Shown here one piece after another: positions 1 to 7,982 of a DNA stretch of 25,067 nt. The translations under genes were made by a program, and so were the position numbers. Below the pieces are notes generated by a model that saw only the letters and a list, made by a program, of their open reading frames with translations, had not been told where the DNA came from and made no database searches. Source of the DNA: Candidatus Sumerlaeales bacterium (GTDB taxonomy: Bacteria > Sumerlaeota > Sumerlaeia > Sumerlaeales > Sumerlaeaceae); contig JBBSQY010000048.1 of the NCBI GenBank assembly GCA_038243585.1, positions 1 through 25,067 on the forward strand, given 5' to 3'. Positions within the stretch are counted from its first letter, which is position 1; each line of letters opens with the position of its first letter.

Positions 1-1
1 A

Positions 2-229
2 CCCGTCGTCAGCACTCCAATTCCCGACGTCGTAACGGATTACGGCGACGTTGTCAGCATTGCGGCAGATACCCCGGCCTTTGTTGCCGCCTGCCTTCAG
101 CTTGCCGCCGCGCCGCCCGCCCCCCAGGCCCTCGCCGCAGAAGCCCGCGCCCGCGCCCGCACCTGGGATCAGATCGCGGCCGCCATGGCCGAAACCCTGT
201 CCGATACCGTGGCGAAGTCCGAGGCATAG
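2..229 (+). CDS. Glycosyltransferase (GT-B fold, GT4/family 1-like), C-terminal fragment truncated by the window start
   Basis: Not in the ORF track. Manual translation of frame 2 gives PVVSTPIPDVVTDYGDVVSIAADTPAFVAACLQLAAAPPAPQALAAEARARARTWDQIAAAMAETLSDTVAKSEA*. 'PVVST...' followed by a terminal '(S/T)WD..A..M' helix is typical of GT4 C-termini. The TAG at 227-229 lies 2 nt before the glnE GTG. Confidence 0.7.
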   Translation, partial: PVVSTPIPDVVTDYGDVVSIAADTPAFVAACLQLAAAPPAPQALAAEARARARTWDQIAAAMAETLSDTVAKSEA

Positions 230-231
230 CC

Positions 232-3200
232 GTGCCCCTGCAACAACTCCGCGAAACCGTAAGCCAAATACTGGCGGGGGAACAAATACCAGAGTTTGCG
301 GAGCCGGATCAGGCGGCCGCCGCATTCCGCTCAATCGCCACTTCCCTCAAATTTTCGGCAGAACAGACCGATGCCCTGGCCAGTCTGCTGGAAAAAATCC
401 TCGCCTCCGCTGATCCGCAGATGGCGCTAAACAACATTCATCGTTTCGTTGAGGCGTCTCCTCAGCCGGATCTTGTTCATACCGCGCTGACAACCTCTCC
501 GGAAACCTCCACAACACTCGTCACTCTCATGGCAGGATCCCAATTTCTCAGCGACGTGTTGATTTCCCAGCCTCAGGCTTTTGGTTGGCTATTCCAAACC
601 GAAACCCTTCATGCCCCTCGTGCGCCTGACTACTACCGGCTGGGGGCGGAATCCGCTGTTGCCGGCCTGTCCGATCGCGCTACTCAGCGCGCCGCCATAA
701 GCCGCTGGCGCCGGAAAGAGTATCTCCGCATCGGGTGCCGCGACTTACTGCTTCTTGCCGACGCAGAGGACGTATCGCGGGACATTTCCGACTTGGCGGA
801 AGCCATCATTGATCAGGCAGCCCTGCTTGTTTACGACGAGATTTCAGCGCGCTTCGGCGCTCCTGTTCCGGAAGCAGCCTCGCTTCAGCAACGCCCCCAG
901 GGGTCGCCGACAAACATGACTCCGACAGGAAAAACTTATCTGGCGGGGATGTGCGTGCTCGGGATGGGAAAACTGGGCGGGCGCGAACTCAATTTTTCGT
1001 CCGATATCGACCTGGTTTTCATCTACGAAGCCGAGGGGGAAACCACTGGCCGGGAAGATGGGGGCCGTCGCGTTGCGGTCATTTCCAATCATGACTTTTT
1101 TACCCGCATGGGCGAAGCGCTTATCCGTTTTCTCGGAGAACGGGGACCGGAAGGCAACCTGTTTCGCGTAGATATGCGCCTGCGCCCCGAAGGAATGGAT
1201 GGACCACTTGTGCGATCGCTGGAATCGTTCGTCCACTACCTGAGCACCCAGGGCCGGGATTGGGAACGCCTGGCATACCTGAAAGCGCGAGTGGTCAGCG
1301 GCCCGTCCCGGCTGGCGGAAAAGCTGTACCGAATGACCGGTGAATTTGTGTTCGCAGGCCACGATGCGGGCCGCATAGTGCGAGAAGTGCAAAGCCTGAA
1401 ACTTCGCATCGACCGCGAAGTGATCAACAGCGACCTGTATCGGCGCGATGTAAAGCGCGGGTATGGGGGCATCCGGGAAATCGAATTTGTCATAGCGTCC
1501 ATGCAGATCATCCATGGCTACCATCACCATGCTCTTCGCATCAGAAACACGTTCCTCGCGGTTCAGCGCCTGCTGGAGACCCACATCCTGTCTGCAGACG
1601 AGGCGCAGTTCTATCAACACGCTTACTCTTTTTTACGAACGATTGAGCACCGGCTTCAAATGGCACAGGAAGCACAAACCCACACGTTGCCTCCGCCCGG
1701 TCCCGAATTCGAGGCCATGGCGCGCCGTTGTGGTTTCGAAGACGGCGCGCTGTTTATGCTGGAGTACACGCGCGTAACTGACGAGGTTCATGAACGCTTC
1801 ACCCAGTTTTTTCAGCATGATACCGAAGCGGTGGAGCAGGCGGCGAGAGACGTGCTGATCATACTGGACCGGCAAGCGCCGCCAGAAGAAGCACAAGCCG
1901 CGCTGGAGCGCCGTGGTCTTTATGCGCCAGATGCGCTGCGGCTGATTCATTCCCTGGCATACGGAACCGGGGACGTGTTTGTCACCGCCGAAGGACAGCG
2001 CTCCTTTGAACAGATGCTTCCCGCGCTATTGCGCCTTACCGCCGCGGCCCCCTTTCCAGAACAGGTTTTTTCAAGGCTCCATTCCTTCGCCCTGGCTATT
2101 AAAAGCATTACCTATTATTATGAGGTGATAGCGCAGCATCCCGACATTTTGAAATTATTAGTTACCTTGTTCGGAACAAGCGACACGCTGGCGAATCAGC
2201 TGATAGCACAACCGGAATTTTTTGATTCCCTTATCAGCACCCGCATATTAAATCAAACTGACAAATCGGGCAACGCCCGGCGCGAAAGAATGAACACCGC
2301 ACTGACCGTGCGAACCCCCGCGCGCAGATTGACGATGCTTCGACGAGCCGTTAATTTTGAACGCATCGTAATCGCTCTTAAGTATCTCCTGCGCATTCAA
2401 CACCTGGACGTGTGCGTTGCCCACCTGACAGCTACAGCGGACATCGCGCTGGACCTTGCGGCTCAAATGGCGGCCGCCCGCCTGCTGAATCGCAGGCAGG
2501 ATTCTGAAAAGCCCGATGACGCCGCGGCCCGGGAACTTGCAGCGGCAGTCGAGCGAAACCTATCCATCCTAGCCCTTGGAAAATACGGCGGTTCGGAGCT
2601 TAATTTTTTCGGAGATTTGGATGTCGTATTCGTTTACAACGGCAACGGCGAACTGCCTGCCGCGGCAGCGGGATACCCCGGAGGCGTGCAGGAATTTTAT
2701 GACGCTTTCGCAGACGCGCTGACCAACGTCCTCACGGAACAAGTAAAGGGCGGGCGGGCGTTTGTGCTGGACGCCAGGCTGCGTCCCCACGGCAAAAATG
2801 CTCCCCTGTCGACTGAGCTTTCCGCTTATGAAGATTATTTGACGCACCAGGCCGAAACCTGGGAACTCCAAGCCTTCCACAGGGCGCGGACCGCATGGGG
2901 GAATCCCGATCTGCTTGAAAGACTGACCCAATCCGCAAAGGCTTCTGCGGGCAGTAAATCCCGAAAGATTATTTCTAAAGAGATAAGGGAGATGCGAGTT
3001 CGCCTGGAGGAAACCGTTGAAACATCCGCGGAGCAAATTGAAGTAAAAAGGTCGCCGGGAGGGATTGTCGATATTGAATTCCTCATTCAATTCCTGGTGC
3101 TGAGCGGCCAGGTGCCATGGGTGCAAAAAAGCGGGAACTATTTCCACGCCATCAAAAAATGGGGAGCCGATGCCCTGGGCGCGGAGGACGCAGCGCAACT

Positions 3201-3420
3201 AAAGGCCTGCTACGCAATCCTCCGGGGAGTGGAAAACACTATCCGACTGATTACGGGCGGTGGCGAATCTTCTTTGAGCACCAACTCCGCAAATGCTAGA
3301 GCCACGGCGGTAGCGATAGGCTTTGGAAGCGTGGAAGAACTATCCCAATCCATACAGGAAACAAAAGCGGCAGTCCGGGCGATTTACGATAGACACCTGC
3401 CAGACAATGAAGTAGCATAG
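232..3420 (+). CDS. glnE: Bifunctional glutamine synthetase adenylyltransferase/adenylyl-removing enzyme
   Basis: 1062 aa with two nucleotidyltransferase halves: GMGKLGGRELNFSSDIDLVF...FRVDMRLRPEG...WERLAYLKAR...VKRGYGGIREIEF and ALGKYGGSELNFFGDLDVVF...LDARLRPHG...WELQA..RAR...VKRSPGGIVDIEF. Confidence 0.95.
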   Translation: MPLQQLRETVSQILAGEQIPEFAEPDQAAAAFRSIATSLKFSAEQTDALASLLEKILASADPQMALNNIHRFVEASPQPDLVHTALTTSPETSTTLVTLMAGSQFLSDVLISQPQAFGWLFQTETLHAPRAPDYYRLGAESAVAGLSDRATQRAAISRWRRKEYLRIGCRDLLLLADAEDVSRDISDLAEAIIDQAALLVYDEISARFGAPVPEAASLQQRPQGSPTNMTPTGKTYLAGMCVLGMGKLGGRELNFSSDIDLVFIYEAEGETTGREDGGRRVAVISNHDFFTRMGEALIRFLGERGPEGNLFRVDMRLRPEGMDGPLVRSLESFVHYLSTQGRDWERLAYLKARVVSGPSRLAEKLYRMTGEFVFAGHDAGRIVREVQSLKLRIDREVINSDLYRRDVKRGYGGIREIEFVIASMQIIHGYHHHALRIRNTFLAVQRLLETHILSADEAQFYQHAYSFLRTIEHRLQMAQEAQTHTLPPPGPEFEAMARRCGFEDGALFMLEYTRVTDEVHERFTQFFQHDTEAVEQAARDVLIILDRQAPPEEAQAALERRGLYAPDALRLIHSLAYGTGDVFVTAEGQRSFEQMLPALLRLTAAAPFPEQVFSRLHSFALAIKSITYYYEVIAQHPDILKLLVTLFGTSDTLANQLIAQPEFFDSLISTRILNQTDKSGNARRERMNTALTVRTPARRLTMLRRAVNFERIVIALKYLLRIQHLDVCVAHLTATADIALDLAAQMAAARLLNRRQDSEKPDDAAARELAAAVERNLSILALGKYGGSELNFFGDLDVVFVYNGNGELPAAAAGYPGGVQEFYDAFADALTNVLTEQVKGGRAFVLDARLRPHGKNAPLSTELSAYEDYLTHQAETWELQAFHRARTAWGNPDLLERLTQSAKASAGSKSRKIISKEIREMRVRLEETVETSAEQIEVKRSPGGIVDIEFLIQFLVLSGQVPWVQKSGNYFHAIKKWGADALGAEDAAQLKACYAILRGVENTIRLITGGGESSLSTNSANARATAVAIGFGSVEELSQSIQETKAAVRAIYDRHLPDNEVA

Positions 3421-3666
3421 GCGTCCCGCCTGTGTAATCCACTGTTGCCGTGGTAAAGGACGGCTTTAGCCGAAAACTCGTAGCCATAGTCGTTCGTGTA
3501 TTTTGCTGAGTTGCGCACGTCCCGCCTGTGTAGCCCAATTATCTCAAACAGCGACCACGATCCCGCCATCGCCACCCAACAACTTTAAGTCGAAACCATG
3601 AGCCCATGCCTGAGGGCGGGTTACGCACATAATTGGATTACACAGGCCGGACGCCTATGCTACTTC
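3409..3666. repeat. REP/REPIN-like element: 33-bp terminal inverted repeats (3409-3441 and 3634-3666) plus an internal partial copy (3518-3542)
   Basis: GAAGTAGCATAGGCGTCCCGCCTGTGTAATCCA and TGGATTACACAGGCCGGACGCCTATGCTACTTC are reverse complements with 1 mismatch. The unit is GTAG followed by the hairpin CATAGGCG-TCC-CGCCTGTG. The middle copy is CGTCCCGCCTGTGTAGCCCAATTAT. Confidence 0.8.
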
Positions 3667-3690
3667 GCTTCTCGGTCATATGCCAATAAT

Positions 3691-3728
3691 AAGAAAAGCC
3701 CGCAAAAACCTGTCGGCTTTTGCGGGCT
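3691..3728 (-). terminator. Rho-independent terminator of rplA
   Basis: Stem AGCCCGCAAAA/TTTTGCGGGCT (3697-3728), followed on the minus strand by TTTCTT, about 23 nt downstream of the rplA stop. Confidence 0.8.
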
Positions 3729-3751
3729 GTTGAAAACATTCTAGTGCTGCT

Positions 3752-4429
3752 TTATACGACTTTTACGCCAGGACCCATAGTCGAACTAAGAGTGGCATTT
3801 TTCATATAAATACCTTTTGCGGCGGCAGGCTTGGCACGCTGAATAGCGTCGACAACTGTCTCGGCATTTTCAATCAGCTGCTCTTCTGTAAACTGCACCT
3901 TGCCAACCGGAACGTGAACGTTGCCGGTCTTGTCCACGCGGAACTCAACCTTACCCGCTTTAATCTCTTCAATGGCGCGAGCCACGTCCATGGTCACGGT
4001 GCCGGTTTTCGGGTTAGGCATGAGGCCGCGAGGACCCAGCACCTTACCAAGACGACCAACCTGACCCATCATATCCGGAGTTGCAACGGCCGCGTCAAAA
4101 TCCGTAAAACCGCCCTGGATTTTTGCGACAAGATCTTCAGCGCCCACATACTCGGCACCGGCTTTTTCCGCAGCCGTAGCCTGCTCACCCCGAGCGAACA
4201 CAGCAACGCGAACAGCCTTACCAGTACCGTGAGGCAGGCTGACGGTACCGCGAACCTGCTGGTCAGCGTGCCGTGGATCTACGCCCAGACGAAAGTCCAG
4301 ATCTACAGTTTCGTTAAATTTGGCAAAGGCAATTGTCTTTACCAGCTTAATGGCTTCAGGAAGCGCATACGTCTTGTCCGCTTCAACTTTTTCCGCAGCC
4401 GCACGGAACTTCTTACCATGTTTCGGCAT
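3752..4429 (-). CDS. rplA: 50S ribosomal protein L1 (uL1)
   Basis: 225 aa. Motifs [69 protein letters not shown] and STMGPG. RBS GGAG upstream of the ATG. Confidence 0.98.
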   Translation of the reverse strand: MPKHGKKFRAAAEKVEADKTYALPEAIKLVKTIAFAKFNETVDLDFRLGVDPRHADQQVRGTVSLPHGTGKAVRVAVFARGEQATAAEKAGAEYVGAEDLVAKIQGGFTDFDAAVATPDMMGQVGRLGKVLGPRGLMPNPKTGTVTMDVARAIEEIKAGKVEFRVDKTGNVHVPVGKVQFTEEQLIENAETVVDAIQRAKPAAAKGIYMKNATLSSTMGPGVKVV

Positions 4430-4449
4430 GATGTTTCTCCATCTATAAT

Positions 4450-4502
4450 GTGGTCGATAGCGGCATTTGCCAAAAGGTTGCCCCGATGGATTTGCCTGCC
4501 AC
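4450..4502 (-). promoter_or_regulatory. Putative L1-binding autoregulatory mRNA leader of rplA
   Basis: The minus strand reads GTGGCAGGCA-(N27)-TGCCGCTATCGACCAC just upstream of the RBS. GTGG/CCAC and GGCA/TGCC helices flank an asymmetric internal loop, matching the GTGG(G)AGG...CCGCTA..ACCAC pattern of L1 target sites before rplA. A second hairpin, CGCCTGAA/TTCAGGCG, is adjacent at 4503-4526. Confidence 0.7.
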
Positions 4503-4566
4503 CGCCTGAAACCGAGGCTTCAGGCGCCGGAATGGGTTACGCGCTCAGGTTTCATTGATTCAGAAA

Positions 4567-6018
4567 TTACTGCCCCGTCTGCCCACCGGTCGTCTCTACA
4601 GTGTCCAGGGGTGGTAGGGTTGTGACGCCGGAACTCGTCGTCAGCGCATCTGTTTCCACGGTTACAGCGCTGGTGGTCGTGTTGGTGCTGCTGGATGTGC
4701 CAGGGTCGGTCGCTGATGTGCCAAGGTCTGTCGCTATAGTGGCCGACCCGCTGGTCTCCGCTGTGTTGGCGATGGCGGCGGCCCCAGCCATGGCGACAGT
4801 GTCCGTTTCGGTGCCGTCCTCGGTCAGTGTGCCGGTTGTTGCAGAACTCATGGTATCCGTGCCGGTCGTTTCAACACCCAGAATTTCCGGCAGTTCCAAA
4901 GGCCAGAGCACGCTCGGATCCGCTTTATACTTCAACGCCAGGGTCGAAGTATCCATTGGCGACATCTTTTGCAGCTCTCCGCTGGATACCAGTTCCTCCA
5001 TCCGTTGCAGTTGTTCAGCAAACGGCGCTTCCGGATGCCTTGTCGCAGCGTCTTTCAGAAGATTAGCCGTTGCGCTGGTGTCGCCCTGCCGCAGCAGAGT
5101 CTGCGTCAAGCCATTTACGGCCGCAACCAGGGCCTGGGGATCACTCGGATTACTGTCATACAGAGTCTGAAACACTCGACGCCCGCCCGGCAGGTTACCC
5201 AATTCCAAATAACTCTGACCCAACTGGAGCACGAGAGACACTCGACCCCTTACGTCCAGCTCCTGTCTGAGTGCGTCTATAAACGATGTGGTGAGATCCT
5301 CCAGGTAAAACCGCGACTTCGCGTAATCGTCATTTGCTCCATATAATTGGGCAAGCGCTCCCATTAGCCCGCGTCTGACTTCCGGATTTTTCGTCTCAGG
5401 TAAATGAACCTCGAGATAATCAATTGCTGCGGTGGTGTTGCCGTCCCTCATGAAAGTACTGACATACATTTGGCGATAAATAGTTAATTCTTCTGGGGCA
5501 GTAGTCTGAGCCACCACATCGTTCAGGGTTTCCCGCGCCGCCGTGGTCTGGCCCGCCATGGTCTGTATCTCGACCCCCGCCATCAAAAGGCTGAGAGATG
5601 TGCCGGGATCCTCAGCGTATTCCTGCTGATACTTTGAAACGGTGTCCAGGGCCGCGTCATATTTTTGCTGGGTATTGAGCAGGGCCAGGTAAATCCGAAG
5701 AACTTCCTTGCCCATAGGGTCGAGCTGGCTGACATTATCCAGCGCAGACTTCATCTGTATTTCCGCCTCGTCAAACCTGTTTTGACTGGCGTAAATCTGC
5801 GCAAGCAGCATATTTGCCTGAATGGACGCCGGATCTTCCGGAGCCTTTTCCACTACCTTTTGCGCTTCCATTTCAGCGCTGAGCTGGTCGCCCTGCTGAT
5901 AAAATTCTACAGCAGTTTGCAGCCGTTCGTCCGGCGTGCGGCGATCACAGCCAGCGAGAATGGATAGGCCAATAGTTGCACAAGCGAACAGGGCAAGGGT
6001 TCTGATGGGGAAGCGCAC
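4567..6018 (-). CDS. Tetratricopeptide-repeat lipoprotein with a Thr/Ser-rich disordered C-terminal tail
   Basis: GTG start with GAGG upstream. Hydrophobic signal peptide with lipobox LAG-C24. TPR-like helices (LLAQIYASQNRFDEA, LAQLYGANDDYAKS, LGQSYLELGNLPGG). The last ~100 aa are T/S/A/G low complexity. Confidence 0.8.
   Translation of the reverse strand: MRFPIRTLALFACATIGLSILAGCDRRTPDERLQTAVEFYQQGDQLSAEMEAQKVVEKAPEDPASIQANMLLAQIYASQNRFDEAEIQMKSALDNVSQLDPMGKEVLRIYLALLNTQQKYDAALDTVSKYQQEYAEDPGTSLSLLMAGVEIQTMAGQTTAARETLNDVVAQTTAPEELTIYRQMYVSTFMRDGNTTAAIDYLEVHLPETKNPEVRRGLMGALAQLYGANDDYAKSRFYLEDLTTSFIDALRQELDVRGRVSLVLQLGQSYLELGNLPGGRRVFQTLYDSNPSDPQALVAAVNGLTQTLLRQGDTSATANLLKDAATRHPEAPFAEQLQRMEELVSSGELQKMSPMDTSTLALKYKADPSVLWPLELPEILGVETTGTDTMSSATTGTLTEDGTETDTVAMAGAAAIANTAETSGSATIATDLGTSATDPGTSSSTNTTTSAVTVETDALTTSSGVTTLPPLDTVETTGGQTGQ
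4694..4735 (-). repeat. 21-bp tandem duplication in the TPR protein tail (ATDLGTS/ATDPGTS)
   Basis: GATGTGCCAGGGTCGGTCGCT followed by GATGTGCCAAGGTCTGTCGCT (2 mismatches). Confidence 0.7.
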
Positions 6019-6136
6019 AATGATAATCCTCTGAGACGTAGTTTATAATATGCTATCCCGACGGCGCAAAAATCACGCCATCGGGCCTGCAAAATTGCTA
6101 CGAATCGCAGCGCTCCCTATTCTTCGCCTTGCACTG

Positions 6137-7705
6137 TTACCCCTTAGGCTCCGCCTGTTTTATTTCCTTCGAGACCCCTTCAAAACGGGAAAAGTTCTTC
6201 CGAAATCCCGCCGCCAGAGCCTTGGCTGCCTTATCGTAAGCGTCCTTGTCTGCCCACGTCGCTCGTGGGGTAAGGACATTCGAAGGAACTCCGTCCACCG
6301 TCCGCGGAATTTGCAAGCCAAACACCGGGTCTTCGTCCGTCTCAACCGTCTCCAGCTTACCCAAGAGAATCGCGTCCACTATGGCTCGTGTGTGAGACAG
6401 GCTGATCCGCTTCCCCGTGCCATACGGGCCGCCGTTCCAGCCGGTATTGACCAGGTAACAATGAGACCCGTTCTCCTGCATTTTCGTCCCTAGCATCTCC
6501 GCGTACACCGACGGCTGCAACGGAAGAAACGGCGCTCCAAATCCTTCCGAAAAGACCGCCTTCGGCTCAGTGATTCCCGTTTCTGTGCCCCCCAGCTTGC
6601 TGGTGTAGCCACTAAGAAAATGATACATCGCCTGAGCCTGGCTGAGACGGCTGACCGGCGGCAACACCCCGGTTGCGTCCGCCGTCAAAAGGATAATCGT
6701 TTTGGCGTGTCCAGCCGTGCTGGGAATAACCGCTCCCGGAATGAACTCCAGCGGATATGCAACCCGCGTATTTTCCGTAATCGTTGTGTCGTCAAAATCC
6801 GGATCGCGGTCATCTTCAAGCACGAGGTTTTCCAGAATCGCGCCAAATCTCACTGCCCGATAAATATCCGGCTCCCGCTCTTCCGTAAGTCCTATACACT
6901 TGGCGTAGCAGCCGCCCTCGATATTAAACACGCCGTTGTCGCCCCACCCGTGTTCGTCGTCGCCGATGAGACGACAGCCCGGATGCGCGGAAAGAGTCGT
7001 TTTCCCCGTGCCGCTCAGCCCGAAAAACAAGGCCACGTCATTGTTCGGGGTAATGTTGGCGCTGCAATGCATTGTCAGCACCCCCTTCTGCGGCAGCAGG
7101 TAATTCATAATCGTAAACACGCTCTTCTTGATCTCGCCTGCATATCGCGTGCCTCCGATCAGCGCCACGCGGCGGTCAAAATTGATCGCAATGACAGCGT
7201 CGCTGCGGGTGCCGTCGCGCGCCGGATCGCATTTCAGCCCTGGAAGACAGATTACCCGAAACTCCGGACGATGCTTTTTAAGATCCTGTCTCGGAACTCG
7301 AATCAGCATCTGGCGGATAAACATATTATGCCAGGCATACTCGGAAATCACCCGAATACCCAACTGATTTGCCGGATCCGCCCCCGCATAACCGTTAAAC
7401 ATGAAGCACTCGCTTTCCTGCACACGGTCGGCAAACCGGTTGAACAGCCGATCAAACACATCTGGATCCATCGCCTGATTGCGGGACCAATCCACCGTGT
7501 CAGAGGTCGAGGCGCTTTTAACAATAAACTTATCATTAGGGCTGCGTCCGGTGCGAGGAGCGGTGACGGCGCAAAAAGCGCCATTGCTGGCCACCTTGCC
7601 TTCCCCCTTCTGAATGGCATATTCAAAAAGTTCGGCAAACTCAAAGTTTCGCCGAGGTGTGCCAGGGTAGACTACATGTTCGGTAATTTCGTCGGAGTGA
7701 ATCAA
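6137..7705 (-). CDS. pckA: Phosphoenolpyruvate carboxykinase (ATP)
   Basis: Motifs TGRSPNDKFIV, GTRYAGEIKKS, MHCSAN, FFGLSGTGKTTLS (P-loop), LIGDDEHGW, FNIEGGCYAK, ENTRVAYP and YLVNTGW. Start placed at the TTG at 7705 (GAAAGG about 10 nt upstream) rather than the track's 7801; the start is uncertain. Confidence 0.95.
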   Translation of the reverse strand: MIHSDEITEHVVYPGTPRRNFEFAELFEYAIQKGEGKVASNGAFCAVTAPRTGRSPNDKFIVKSASTSDTVDWSRNQAMDPDVFDRLFNRFADRVQESECFMFNGYAGADPANQLGIRVISEYAWHNMFIRQMLIRVPRQDLKKHRPEFRVICLPGLKCDPARDGTRSDAVIAINFDRRVALIGGTRYAGEIKKSVFTIMNYLLPQKGVLTMHCSANITPNNDVALFFGLSGTGKTTLSAHPGCRLIGDDEHGWGDNGVFNIEGGCYAKCIGLTEEREPDIYRAVRFGAILENLVLEDDRDPDFDDTTITENTRVAYPLEFIPGAVIPSTAGHAKTIILLTADATGVLPPVSRLSQAQAMYHFLSGYTSKLGGTETGITEPKAVFSEGFGAPFLPLQPSVYAEMLGTKMQENGSHCYLVNTGWNGGPYGTGKRISLSHTRAIVDAILLGKLETVETDEDPVFGLQIPRTVDGVPSNVLTPRATWADKDAYDKAAKALAAGFRKNFSRFEGVSKEIKQAEPKG

Positions 7706-7842
7706 GTCAGCTAAACCTTTCAATTGTTCATGTATAAAAGGATTTGCAGAAGCGCACAGAGTGAAGTGAAGTGAATTCGTGAACCCTTTCCAAGTCGGCA
7801 CAATTCAGTTCAGGACACCCGGCAAGTTACAATTCCCTAATG

Positions 7843-7867
7843 GTAGGGATGGCTCGCCGAGCCGTCC
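7843..7867 (+). repeat. Solitary GTAG-type REP-like palindrome (second family)
   Basis: GTAG followed by GGATGGCTC-GCC-GAGCCGTCC (9-bp stem with one G-T pair) in the pckA/kinase divergent intergenic region. Confidence 0.55.
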
Positions 7868-7982
7868 GCAAACTGGTTGACAGGAGCGTTTAGTTTTTGT
7901 AGCTTGTGTTAAATTATCGGCAAACATTAGTTTATCAAATTTACTGAATTTCATATTCGCAGATGCAAGATTGATTACTGCC

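Noticed and set aside
51..413. 120-aa Pro/Arg-rich ORF
   Set aside because: Alternative frame over the glycosyltransferase end and the glnE start, with typical GC-rich shadow composition.
6057..6085. Hairpin CCCGACGGCG/CGCCATCGGG between pckA and the TPR gene, as a terminator
   Set aside because: No U-tract follows on the minus strand, so the function cannot be supported.
6620..7714. 364-aa plus-strand ORF, and similar antisense ORFs inside glnE, rplA, metG and hsdR
   Set aside because: Antisense to conserved genes with no recognisable motifs; expected from codon bias in GC-rich DNA.
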